Position numbers and translations under genes: made by a program. Source: a virus (taxonomy: Duplodnaviria > Caudoviricetes). From it: a stretch of DNA of 61,987 nucleotides. The stretch covers positions 1-61,987 of the IMG/VR virus record IMGVR_UViG_3300035494_000045; one strand, given 5' to 3'. Within the stretch, counting starts at the first letter, position 1, and each line of letters starts with the position of its first letter. Shown in pieces: positions 10,513-19,297 of the stretch. Below the pieces are notes generated by a model. That model did no database searches and had not been told where the DNA came from. It saw only the letters and a program-made list of their open reading frames with translations.

Positions 10513-10832
10513 TGTTTAAGAGCATCATTAATAAAATCCTAGCTGGTCTTGTTGCTGTTTTTGGTGTTCTGTTCCTTTACCAGAAACATAAGACAAATAC
10601 AGCAGTTGATGAAACCGAAAAGGCTAAAACAGAACTCGACACCATGAGAACTGAGGTCAAGGTTGAGAAAGCAGTGCAGGAGAGTAAGACAGCCATCATT
10701 GAGGGTAAATCAGCATCAGCATCGATTGATAAGAAGAAAGCCATTGATGAAATCCTAAAGAAACAGGAAAAGGAAGTCAATGATAAGATTGGGGAGAAGA
10801 AAGATGGTGAAGAGTTTACTTTTAATTCTTAG
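10512..10832 (+). CDS. putative inner-membrane spanin
   Basis: N-terminal TM segment plus coiled coil. Confidence 0.65.
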   Translation: MFKSIINKILAGLVAVFGVLFLYQKHKTNTAVDETEKAKTELDTMRTEVKVEKAVQESKTAIIEGKSASASIDKKKAIDEILKKQEKEVNDKIGEKKDGEEFTFNS

Positions 10833-11112
10833 TATTGGTCTACTGTCTGCTTGTACAACAACTGAAATCAGAACAGAATACGTTTCGGTTCCAGTTGCTT
10901 GTCCAACCGTTCAGGTTGGCGCATTCAAACAATCCATTGAGAGTCAAACATTCAGTGCAAGGAGAAAGGAAGGTTTGATTTGTATGTCAGAGTATGACTT
11001 TAAAGAACTTGTCATCCATACGAAAGAAAGTCGTGTATCATATAATGAGCTAATGTCTCATGTGAAAGACTTCAATGAAATGGTTGAAGAGAAGAATCAA
11101 ACAATAAAATGA
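10804..11112 (+). CDS. putative outer-membrane spanin lipoprotein
   Basis: Lipobox LLSAC, overlaps the 3' end of the i-spanin. Confidence 0.7.
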   Translation: MVKSLLLILSIGLLSACTTTEIRTEYVSVPVACPTVQVGAFKQSIESQTFSARRKEGLICMSEYDFKELVIHTKESRVSYNELMSHVKDFNEMVEEKNQTIK

Positions 11113-11190
11113 TTTGACAATGTGATTGTGGTTTGTTATATTAAGTCCAAGCAAAAGCTTGGATTTTTTTTTATTAGGGAGAGAATTTTT

Positions 11191-12084
11191 ATGAAAGTAT
11201 ATAAAGGTGAGAGTGGATACTTAAATCTTATTTGGGATGTATTGTCCCAAGGTGTAGAAATTCCAGACAGAACAGGGGTGGGAACTAGGGCGATTTTTGA
11301 TGCTAAAGTTGTATATGATTCGTTTCCTTTTAGTACAGTAAGACCAGCACCATTGCGAATGGCATTTGAAGAGTTCTGGATGTTCATGCGTGGCGAAACA
11401 CAAACAAAAGTTTTGGAAGAGAAAGGTATTAACTTCTGGAAAGGTAATACGAGTCGAGACTTCTTAGACAAGAGAGGTTTGCATAATCTACCAGAAGGTG
11501 ATATGGGTTCTGCATATGGGTCACAATGGAGACAATATGGAAACGACACTGTGGATGAAAATCTATCCATTAATCCAAAAGACCAATTGGTCGAGGTGTA
11601 TGAGACGTTGAAGACTGACCCATATAGTCGAAGATTATACACCACATTCTGGAATCCAAATGAATCACATTTGATGGCGTTGACACCTTGTTGGCATAGT
11701 CACCAGTTCGTTGTCATTCCAGATTCAGATGGTAATAATGTTCTGCATCTGAAGCTAATAAACCGAAGTTTGGATGTGATTTTTGGACTTCAATATGCGG
11801 TTCAACAGTATTACTTATATTTGATGGCTATGGCTAAACTATTGAACATGAAAGTTGGAACACTATCGGCAGACCTAACTCATGTTCATATCTATAATAA
11901 TCAGGTTGAGTATGCAAACGAACTATTGACAAGAGATTTGGGAAGACCTGGCAAAGTAACAATCAATAAAGAGTTAAACACTCTTGATGATATGATTAAT
12001 TTACAATGGGAAGATATTGTTGTTGAAGATTTGGTGGTCAACACTTTACCATTCAAAACACCAAGACCCCCAATGGCAGTTTAA
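11191..12084 (+). CDS. thyA: thymidylate synthase
   Basis: DRTGVGT, YG.QWR, P.SRR, MAL.PC, RS.D...G, H.HIY.N, MAV end. Confidence 0.95.
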   Translation: MKVYKGESGYLNLIWDVLSQGVEIPDRTGVGTRAIFDAKVVYDSFPFSTVRPAPLRMAFEEFWMFMRGETQTKVLEEKGINFWKGNTSRDFLDKRGLHNLPEGDMGSAYGSQWRQYGNDTVDENLSINPKDQLVEVYETLKTDPYSRRLYTTFWNPNESHLMALTPCWHSHQFVVIPDSDGNNVLHLKLINRSLDVIFGLQYAVQQYYLYLMAMAKLLNMKVGTLSADLTHVHIYNNQVEYANELLTRDLGRPGKVTINKELNTLDDMINLQWEDIVVEDLVVNTLPFKTPRPPMAV

Positions 12085-12094
12085 AAGGAGGAAG

Positions 12095-12778
12095 ATGATG
12101 AAAAATTATATTGGATTGGTTGGATATGCTGGTAGTGGTAAAGATACCGTTGCTTCAATGATTATGGAAATGACACAAGGATATGAGAATTTTAAGTTTG
12201 CTGGTAAACTTAAAGAGTTCTGCTCACTCATGTATGACATCGAGTTGGAAGTGTTTGAATCGTATACGGCTAAGAATGAACCAATGACTTTTATAAGCAC
12301 TTTGGAAACATATCACATTCAATTTGCTCATCTTTGTACAACTGTATTGGGTATCCACCGTGAGGATGCACTGTTGATAAGATTATCAGATGTCTCATTA
12401 GAAGAGTTGGGTGCTGAAATGAACATGACAACCATGCCACATTTTAGAATCGACACCACTCCGAGAATCATTCTTCAGAAACTCGGAACCGAGGTGTTTA
12501 GAAACTGTTATAAGGAATCAGTATGGGTTGACTTTCTTGAAGATGTTGAAAAAGCAATCATTACAGATGTAAGATTCCCAAATGAAGCAGAAAAGGTGAA
12601 AGAACTTGGTGGTATCCTCGTTCGCATTGAGAATGAAACCCAGCAGAACCAAGAAGCAATGAATCACCCATCAGAAGCCCATATCGGTCAAATTGACTGT
12701 GATTTTACAATCTTTAATGATGGTAAGTCATTGGATAATCTGAAGACAGAAGTGAGTATTTTGCTGAACGAAATCTGA
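12095..12778 (+). CDS. deoxynucleoside monophosphate kinase
   Basis: G.AGSGKDT, FA..LK, R.ILQ.LGTE, ITDVRFPNE, H.SE. Confidence 0.9.
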   Translation: MMKNYIGLVGYAGSGKDTVASMIMEMTQGYENFKFAGKLKEFCSLMYDIELEVFESYTAKNEPMTFISTLETYHIQFAHLCTTVLGIHREDALLIRLSDVSLEELGAEMNMTTMPHFRIDTTPRIILQKLGTEVFRNCYKESVWVDFLEDVEKAIITDVRFPNEAEKVKELGGILVRIENETQQNQEAMNHPSEAHIGQIDCDFTIFNDGKSLDNLKTEVSILLNEI

Positions 12779-12818
12779 TACGAAAATTGTACTCATAAAA
12801 TTGCCCATGTATAATTTC

Positions 12819-12826
12819 TATAAATA
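12819..12826 (+). promoter_or_regulatory. T4-type late promoter TATAAATA
   Basis: Consensus upstream of the operon that includes PAAR. Confidence 0.55.
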
Positions 12827-12884
12827 TACATAGTATTAACAAATTTAACCAAAAAGCATGATTTAATTTTTAAGGGCAATTTTT

Positions 12885-13313
12885 ATGAGTGACATTGAGA
12901 GCAGAGTATATGTGATTGAACATACACTTGGCGACCACAATAGTAGAATGATTAACCAGCGAACTGACCATGAGAAGTTGGAACAAAAGTACAATGAAAT
13001 CGAAACGAAACTCGCTGGTGTTAAGGGAGATGTCCGTGCATACACTGTCCAGCATGGAGAATCAATCAAAACCTTACAAGATGCAGTGCAAGCTCTTAAA
13101 GAACTGACTGCTGAACTCAAACAAGAATCAAAAATCCAAGAAAAGTCCATTGAAGCTGTCATTGAACAGATGAAGACAATGAACACATCAATCGTTGATA
13201 TGTCAAAAACAATCCACAAATTCTTATATATCGGAAGCGGAATCATCATTACATTGACCCTCATATCCAATGGAACAATTGGAAAATTTATCAATACTGT
13301 TGCTGGGGGGTAA
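12885..13313 (+). CDS. coiled-coil protein with C-terminal TM segment
   Basis: Heptad pattern plus hydrophobic C-terminus. Confidence 0.65.
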   Translation: MSDIESRVYVIEHTLGDHNSRMINQRTDHEKLEQKYNEIETKLAGVKGDVRAYTVQHGESIKTLQDAVQALKELTAELKQESKIQEKSIEAVIEQMKTMNTSIVDMSKTIHKFLYIGSGIIITLTLISNGTIGKFINTVAGG

Positions 13314-13318
13314 CAAGA

Positions 13319-13927
13319 ATGAAAGAGCAGGTTTGTGAGAACACAAAAACCATAGTGAAAGAATCTTCTGAAACGATTGCTGTTATGGAGTTTGAGGTTG
13401 GTCGGATGAAATTCCTCAACAGACTCTTCATGAGTGCAGGGATTGGTCTTATTGGTCTTCTTGCTTTCTGGACATTCGAGAAAGACCCACTCATCGTTGA
13501 AGATACTGGTACTAATCCAGAGTTCTATGTGTGCATTGATGGTGTGTTTGAGTTTGAAAGATATGTCAAAACAGACAAGCCATTGACAGTTCGAGTAGAA
13601 CCAAGACTCACAGACCTGAAAACAAAATCAACATATGTGTTGGAATCTAAGTATTATGATGGTCATAAACAAGATGGAATCGTATCGTACCGTCATAAAA
13701 TCAAGGCGAGTTATCCTAGTGGGGTTTATGAGTATCAGCCATACTTAATATATGATGTAAACCCAATCAAGACCATTAGTAAACCAGCACCACCGCAAAC
13801 TGTTATCTTTGGTTGTAATTTAAAATACAACTATGTAAATGAGATTGTTGAGATTGCCGAAGACCCAGCAATTCAAAAAGAGGCAAAGATTGATTTCATT
13901 CTGGATGTCATGGAGAACGGAAAATGA
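13319..13927 (+). CDS. membrane-anchored hypothetical protein
   Basis: One TM segment near the N-terminus. Confidence 0.6.
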   Translation: MKEQVCENTKTIVKESSETIAVMEFEVGRMKFLNRLFMSAGIGLIGLLAFWTFEKDPLIVEDTGTNPEFYVCIDGVFEFERYVKTDKPLTVRVEPRLTDLKTKSTYVLESKYYDGHKQDGIVSYRHKIKASYPSGVYEYQPYLIYDVNPIKTISKPAPPQTVIFGCNLKYNYVNEIVEIAEDPAIQKEAKIDFILDVMENGK

Positions 13928-14721
13928 GAAACTTCATTTCTGACTTAAACGCCATAATCAGCGTACTAAATTCAAAGAAAATGACAGACATTCCAGTTGA
14001 GGGAGACCCACTCGACCCATTGTATGTACCCTTAACACCCGAAGAAGAAACAGAAGCGGAAATCAAAACATATGTGAACACCAAGATTGATGGTGTTATT
14101 TCTTCTTATGATGGTGCTATTGCTTATTTGGGAACTGATTCCCCGTTCTATCATAAGACAGAGCCAAGAAAGAAAACATACAACGAGATGTACATTGATA
14201 TGGAACCACTGGTGGATGACTTATCAATCTTTGGTGAAAATTATAAAGAACTTTCGAGACCATTGTATAGTACGGATATTGAAAACAATGCCGCATTTTA
14301 TGTCTATGAGTTTGTAGAAGCTGACTTATTGGATGTTTCGGTGTATAACACATCTGATACTGCATATTGGGCATCTGTTGATATTCCCACAGAGAAAGCG
14401 AATATTGATGCGTTGATTGCACCAGTACAAGCAGAAATTTCAGACTTTAGTTCAGTTTCGTCATCGAATGGTACTGCAATCACAAACATCGTGGCTGAGA
14501 ATAATGCATACTTTGCTAGAATGAAATCATTCTTGGCATTGGATAAGACCGCTAAGTACATCATAAGCAGTGACCCACTCGGAACACCTTTATATGATTC
14601 GAGAACACCAGCTAGTAAGGCAACCATTGATGAGATACTAAATAACTTTAATACAATGACTGATGAACAATTCTCGGCTTATATGAAGCAGAAACGAGAA
14701 GATTTAAAGATAGAGAGGTAA
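13924..14721 (+). CDS. hypothetical (probable virion) protein
   Basis: Long ORF coupled to the PAAR gene. Confidence 0.6.
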   Translation: MRNFISDLNAIISVLNSKKMTDIPVEGDPLDPLYVPLTPEEETEAEIKTYVNTKIDGVISSYDGAIAYLGTDSPFYHKTEPRKKTYNEMYIDMEPLVDDLSIFGENYKELSRPLYSTDIENNAAFYVYEFVEADLLDVSVYNTSDTAYWASVDIPTEKANIDALIAPVQAEISDFSSVSSSNGTAITNIVAENNAYFARMKSFLALDKTAKYIISSDPLGTPLYDSRTPASKATIDEILNNFNTMTDEQFSAYMKQKREDLKIER

Positions 14722-14725
14722 TACT

Positions 14726-14986
14726 ATGCCAAATGTTTCTATTCTCGGTGATACTGGTGATGCTTGTCCAAACACATCACCTGCTCCTATTGTGAGTGGT
14801 TCTGGCACTGTTCTTGTCGAAGGAACACCATGCACATTGGTTGGTAGTCCAATTGCAAATGGCTCAGTTGTGGTTGGTGGTTCTGGTAGTGTCTTAGTGG
14901 AAGGTCAACCATTGGTTAGAGTGGGAGACCCAACATCATGTGGAAGCATCATAGGCTCTGGTGCATCAACTGTCATTGCTAACTAA
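14726..14986 (+). CDS. PAAR-like baseplate spike tip protein (T4 gp5.4-like)
   Basis: Repeated GSGTVLVEG.P..RVGD..CG pattern. Confidence 0.85.
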   Translation: MPNVSILGDTGDACPNTSPAPIVSGSGTVLVEGTPCTLVGSPIANGSVVVGGSGSVLVEGQPLVRVGDPTSCGSIIGSGASTVIAN

Positions 14987-14998
14987 GAGGATATAAGT

Positions 14999-15199
14999 AT
15001 GCCATCACCAATGATTAAAAAATTTGCTGATGAAACTGGAATGCCAGAAAAAGAAGTGGAAGCACTCTGGGATAAGGCAAAGGATATTGCAAAAGAGAAC
15101 GGACGCGAAGAAGACTATGCATATATAGTTGGAATCCTAAAGAAAATGCTAAAGCTTGAAGAATCTTATAAAAACTTTCAAAATCTTCTTGACATATAA
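14999..15199 (+). CDS. hypothetical protein
   Basis: GAGG SD, typical codon usage. Confidence 0.6.
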   Translation: MPSPMIKKFADETGMPEKEVEALWDKAKDIAKENGREEDYAYIVGILKKMLKLEESYKNFQNLLDI

Positions 15200-15217
15200 A
15201 TAACCCTCCCCTACAAT
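15189..15217 (+). promoter_or_regulatory. sigma70-like promoter
   Basis: TTGACA-17-TACAAT. Confidence 0.6.
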
Positions 15218-15253
15218 ATCAACCATAGCAACGAACAACAGGAGTTTAAAGTT

Positions 15254-15457
15254 ATGGTTGGTAACTTCACCATCTACGAAAGAGTAAAATACGAACATCT
15301 ACCATTCCCATCTAGGGAAGAGCTTTTGGAATATCTACCTGAGAATTCAGAAGACACTTTGGATGAGGTAGAAGAACTTCGTAGCCAGATTCGAGACCTA
15401 GAAGACCAACTTGACAGACTCAAAGATAAAATCTATGATTTGTATGATGAAGTTTAA
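15254..15457 (+). CDS. hypothetical coiled-coil protein
   Basis: AGGAG SD. Confidence 0.6.
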   Translation: MVGNFTIYERVKYEHLPFPSREELLEYLPENSEDTLDEVEELRSQIRDLEDQLDRLKDKIYDLYDEV

Positions 15458-15527
15458 AGTGGGTTGACTTGACAGCGGTTCGTAAAATTGGTAAAATCTA
15501 CCTAATGTGACCCACAACAGAATATAT

Positions 15528-15603
15528 GTCCCCATGACTCAGATGGAAGAGCAAGACCCTTCTAAGGTCAAGGTCGGGAGTTCGAGTCTCTCTGGGGATG
15601 CCA
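15528..15603 (+). tRNA. tRNA-Arg(UCU)
   Basis: Acceptor GTCCCCA/TGGGGAT, anticodon loop CTTCTAA, T arm GGGAG-TTCGAGT-CTCTC, encoded CCA. Confidence 0.9.
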
Positions 15604-15616
15604 AATTGGAGGAAAT

Positions 15617-16447
15617 ATGAGCAAAAAGTTTGATGACTACTTTATGAAGATTGCGGAAGAAACCGCAAAACTCTCATATTGTGAACGTAAGAAAGTTGGA
15701 GCAGTTCTAGTAAAGAATAATCGAACAATAGCAAATGGCCTGAACGGAACGATTGCGGGTACTGAAAACTGCTGTGAATCAAAGGAATATATGAATCCTG
15801 ATATTGGTGGGTGGTTTGATGTTGACTCAATCGAAGAACAATATCCACACAAGGATGAAAAAGGACGCTATAAATTGGTCACAAATGATTTGACAATGCA
15901 TGCAGAACAGAATATCATTACATATTGTGCCAAGAATGGTATTCCAATGGATGATACAACCATCTACATTACATTGAGTCCTTGTAAGACTTGTGCTAAA
16001 CTAATGGCAAGTTCTGGAATCAAACGTGTTGTGTATGGTGAACAATATCGTGATACCGAGGGTGTTGACTTCTTAAAGAGTCTAGGTATTGAAGTTGTTC
16101 ATTATAATGAGAAGACTGAAGAAGATGAGCTTTATGAGTTATGGTCTAAGTATTGGGATAATGTGGTGATGAAGTTATGGAGACCAGAAAACCAGAATAT
16201 CTACCGACTGACTTATAAAACAAAGTACACATATGGTTGGACTCGATTTAATGCACCACAAGTATATGACTTGGAGAGTCTTAAACAAAATTTGTTTGAG
16301 CATCTTGTGAGTGGTGATAGTGTTTTTGATTGTGGAATCGTTGATATTCGATTAAAAAGCTATACCGATAATACCCCTGACCAATATCAATGGTCAAAAG
16401 AACTTGAAAAGATTGACAAACTGAAAAGAGAGGAGAAGCGTATATGA
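15617..16447 (+). CDS. dCMP deaminase with C-terminal extension
   Basis: C.R.KVGAV, HAEQN, SPCKTC. Confidence 0.9.
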   Translation: MSKKFDDYFMKIAEETAKLSYCERKKVGAVLVKNNRTIANGLNGTIAGTENCCESKEYMNPDIGGWFDVDSIEEQYPHKDEKGRYKLVTNDLTMHAEQNIITYCAKNGIPMDDTTIYITLSPCKTCAKLMASSGIKRVVYGEQYRDTEGVDFLKSLGIEVVHYNEKTEEDELYELWSKYWDNVVMKLWRPENQNIYRLTYKTKYTYGWTRFNAPQVYDLESLKQNLFEHLVSGDSVFDCGIVDIRLKSYTDNTPDQYQWSKELEKIDKLKREEKRI

Positions 16448-16638
16448 ATGCAAAGAAATGTAAAAAACTTCGTAAAATTGTGAAATCATTTGATGACTTA
16501 TCACAAGAAGTGGTGTATAATGAAATCAATCATCCAACTAAAATCAAAAACGGTGTTCCAGTTTTCCCAGTGCAACGTGTTTTGGCTGATGGATGTTCGA
16601 GAAAGTTTTATAAGAAGTTAAAACAAGCAGAGAAGTAA
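16444..16638 (+). CDS. small basic hypothetical protein
   Basis: GAGGAG SD, ATGA overlap. Confidence 0.6.
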   Translation: MNAKKCKKLRKIVKSFDDLSQEVVYNEINHPTKIKNGVPVFPVQRVLADGCSRKFYKKLKQAEK

Positions 16639-16652
16639 ACATAAGTATATAA

Positions 16653-16756
16653 GGAACAATTACAGCAAACCTAAATTAGGCTAAATATTGTTCCGCTCCT
16701 TTGGTATAAAGGTCGCTTTCAGCAAATTTAATTTTTTGGATAAATAATTGCGACCT
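16653..16756 (+). repeat. two tandem stem-loops each carrying CAGCAA just inside the 5' stem
   Basis: GGAACAAT/ATTGTTCC and AGGTCGC/GCGACCT; third copy at 17602-17652. Confidence 0.65.
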
Positions 16757-16771
16757 GATTTGAAAAAGTTA

Positions 16772-16801
16772 TTGACAAAGAGATGAAGACTGGTATATAA
16801 T
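16772..16801 (+). promoter_or_regulatory. sigma70-like promoter for the ncRNA island
   Basis: TTGACA-18-TATAAT. Confidence 0.6.
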
Positions 16802-16813
16802 AGTTTTTATCAT

Positions 16814-16948
16814 TTAATCGTAATGCAATTTGGTTTTGGTAAAATATGGCTGGTTGGAGTCCAGCGTAGCGATGCCGTCGCGGATAAGTTTTCGGAAATT
16901 AAACGTAGGTTCGATTCCTACCACCAGATTGCATTACGATTAACACCA
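16814..16948 (+). ncRNA. tRNA-like RNA closed by a 21-bp stem
   Basis: 16814-16834 pairs with 16923-16943; T arm GTAGG-TTCGATT-CCTAC; CACCA follows. Confidence 0.6.
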
Positions 16949-16950
16949 AA

Positions 16951-17384
16951 GCACATTCCCACTCGCAAGGGATAGTCTGGAGCTAGTATCTTCGACGATA
17001 TGAAGTGGAGTTGCCCTCCACAAACAACTACTCGATAGCAGTAGCTCGGCTCTTTCTAGCCGTTAGTGATTTGGAATGGAATCGGGTAAGCACGCAAAGC
17101 TTCTAAGTAGCCCGACACTAGCTTTTTATAAGCATAGAGGAAGCATCACTTCACATGAACAGTTTCCTGTTTCTGACAAAAGCAGGACTTATTAATATAG
17201 ATACTGGTGTGGATATTCGAGTCTATTGGGGATTCTCGGTAGATAGATGCTCTACAAGTTGCAACCTAGTGTCTATATTAATAAGCTAACCACTTATTCG
17301 GTCTTGAATCGTGAATCAAGTAAAGCGTCTGTAGCTTCTAATATCAGTGCTTTTCTTAGTTTTATAGGAAACTAGCGGGTGTGC
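16951..17384 (+). ncRNA. candidate large structured RNA(s)
   Basis: No ORF; dense hairpins including an 18-bp stem at 17188-17285. Confidence 0.45.
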
Positions 17385-17477
17385 TAATCCGATACGCATA
17401 GCGATGTATAGCTAATAACATCTAAAAGCCCTTTAGCCGTTCCCAAGAGTGTTGGTGACATGGTTGGGAAGAATTGT

Positions 17478-17556
17478 TGCGGTGTATGCAAGTGGGTAAG
17501 CAATTGGTCTCATAAGCCAATAAAGTTGAAGGTTCGATTCCTTTCCACCGCCTCCA
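17478..17556 (+). tRNA. tRNA with CAU anticodon (Met/fMet/Ile2 identity unresolved)
   Basis: Loop CTCATAA in TTGGT/GCCAA stem, T arm GAAGG-TTCGATT-CCTTT, GCGGTG/CACCGC acceptor, CCA. Confidence 0.8.
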
Positions 17557-17601
17557 TATTGGTTCAGCTAGTTCCATAAATACTAGCATTCCTCCATATG
17601 A

Positions 17602-17652
17602 GGAGCCACATTTCAGCAATCTTATTAACTAATGAGAAGTGTACGTGGCTCC
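17602..17652 (+). repeat. third CAGCAA stem-loop
   Basis: GGAGCCAC-atttCAGCAAt...GTGGCTCC. Confidence 0.6.
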
Positions 17653-17689
17653 GTTTTTATTCCCATCTAAATTATTCTAAAATATCCCC

Positions 17690-17717
17690 TTGACACATAC
17701 AAAATCCATGATATAAT
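17690..17717 (+). promoter_or_regulatory. sigma70-like promoter
   Basis: TTGACA-16-TATAAT with extended TG. Confidence 0.6.
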
Positions 17718-17785
17718 CTTCCCATAGAATCTTATTCTGAATTTTTAAAGTATATAGAAATAAGTCAAAAGGGAGGAATCATCAT

Positions 17786-19279
17786 ATGAGCAATCTTTTA
17801 AACAGCATGAGCGAACTGACCAATAACAAATTAACCGAGAATGGTCAGATGACACACGAATCAACATCTTCAGCCTTAGTTGATTTATTCACTTATATCG
17901 GGTCAGCATCTTTATATGTCCGTAAGCGTGATTATCGTTTCGAGAATGTGGATGATTGGGATATGAAACATCTAATTTCATTGTTCATTGAGGCTTATTC
18001 TGAAGATGCTGACAAGGCTTTAAGAATTATTCTATGGTCTAGGGACATTCTTGGTGGAGCGAAGCGTAGAGCACCGTTTAAGCTCATTCTAAACCACTTA
18101 GCGAATGAGGGTAAGCTTCGTGAATTATATTCACTTGTTAATAAGGTAGGTGATTTAGGAAGATGGGATGACATTTTCCCATTGGTTCTGCATAAGAACA
18201 AAAAGGCATCCAAGATTGTATTGAAAGCAATCAACAAGAACTTCACCAATCCTTTGCTGTGTAAATGGCTACCACGTAAAGGGGAAGTGGCGAATGTGGT
18301 TCGCGCATATCGTAAAATGACTCCAAAACAATATCGTAAGCATTTGGTGTATAACACCAAAGTTGTTGAGCAGTTGATGTCATCTGCTAAATGGAATAAA
18401 ATTGATTTTGATTCTTTACCACAAAGAGCATTGAATGATTACGTGAATGCTTTCCAAAAGAACTCAACAACATTTGAGAAGTGGGTTGATGGTTTGACTG
18501 TTGATGATGTTAAGTCTGATACACTGTATCCACATCAGGTTATTAAACCAATCGGATTACACGATTTCCAAAACTCTAACCCATTAAGAAACAAGATTGC
18601 TGATTTGCAATGGAAAGCCTTACCAAACTTCTTGGAAGGTGTTGATGAAGAGATTTTGCCAGTGATTGATGTGTCTGGCTCTATGGGTGTTGCGATTGAT
18701 GGTAACACGACTGCTATGGAAGTTGCAGTTTCTCTTGGTTTATATGTTGCAGAAAGAAACAATTCAAGATTCCGTGACCACTTCATTACATTTAGTGAAA
18801 GTCCAAAACTACAAAAGATTGTTGGCGATTCATTATATGAACGTGTTAAGTCAATCAGCACATCCGATTGGGGATATAACACAAACTTTAAGGCGGTGGC
18901 ACATTTGATTATTCTAGCGGCAAAACAAAACAACTTGGCACAATCAGAACTACCTACAACTGTCATGGTGTTCTCTGATATGCAATTTGATGTTGCCTCT
19001 TCTGATTCAAAGGTCGATGAAGTCTGGAAACAAATGTTTAAAGATGCTGGATATGAGCCACCGAAGATTGTTTTTTGGAATCTTTGTGGTGATAGTAGAC
19101 AAGTTCATCATGGTTTGTCTAATGATTCAATCATCAATGAGGTTGGTGGATTCTCACCAACACTTCTTCGTGATATGTTCATTGGTGGTGATACCAAAGA
19201 AGAAAAGAAAGACTTCAAATCCAAAACAAGTTATGATATTATGGTTGATGCAATCATGAAAGACCGATATAAAGTTTAA
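17786..19279 (+). CDS. Ro60/TROVE-like helical domain plus vWA protein (DUF2828-like)
   Basis: TENG, RDI.GG, GRWDD, KWLPR, MIDAS motif DVSGSM, FSDMQFD, IVFWNL, GFS. Confidence 0.85.
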   Translation: MSNLLNSMSELTNNKLTENGQMTHESTSSALVDLFTYIGSASLYVRKRDYRFENVDDWDMKHLISLFIEAYSEDADKALRIILWSRDILGGAKRRAPFKLILNHLANEGKLRELYSLVNKVGDLGRWDDIFPLVLHKNKKASKIVLKAINKNFTNPLLCKWLPRKGEVANVVRAYRKMTPKQYRKHLVYNTKVVEQLMSSAKWNKIDFDSLPQRALNDYVNAFQKNSTTFEKWVDGLTVDDVKSDTLYPHQVIKPIGLHDFQNSNPLRNKIADLQWKALPNFLEGVDEEILPVIDVSGSMGVAIDGNTTAMEVAVSLGLYVAERNNSRFRDHFITFSESPKLQKIVGDSLYERVKSISTSDWGYNTNFKAVAHLIILAAKQNNLAQSELPTTVMVFSDMQFDVASSDSKVDEVWKQMFKDAGYEPPKIVFWNLCGDSRQVHHGLSNDSIINEVGGFSPTLLRDMFIGGDTKEEKKDFKSKTSYDIMVDAIMKDRYKV

Positions 19280-19297
19280 ATGGGGAGGAATCAAACA

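Noticed and set aside
5929-12084. Group I introns or inteins in nrdA, nrdB or thyA, which are common in T4-like phages
   Set aside because: All three ORFs are continuous and of normal length.
17422-17619. 65-aa minus-strand ORF
   Set aside because: Antisense to the CAU tRNA and has no SD.
16640-17780. CRISPR array, tmRNA or RNase P RNA in the non-coding island
   Set aside because: No identical direct repeats with regular spacers, no tmRNA-type termini or tag frame, and no RNase P consensus recognised.
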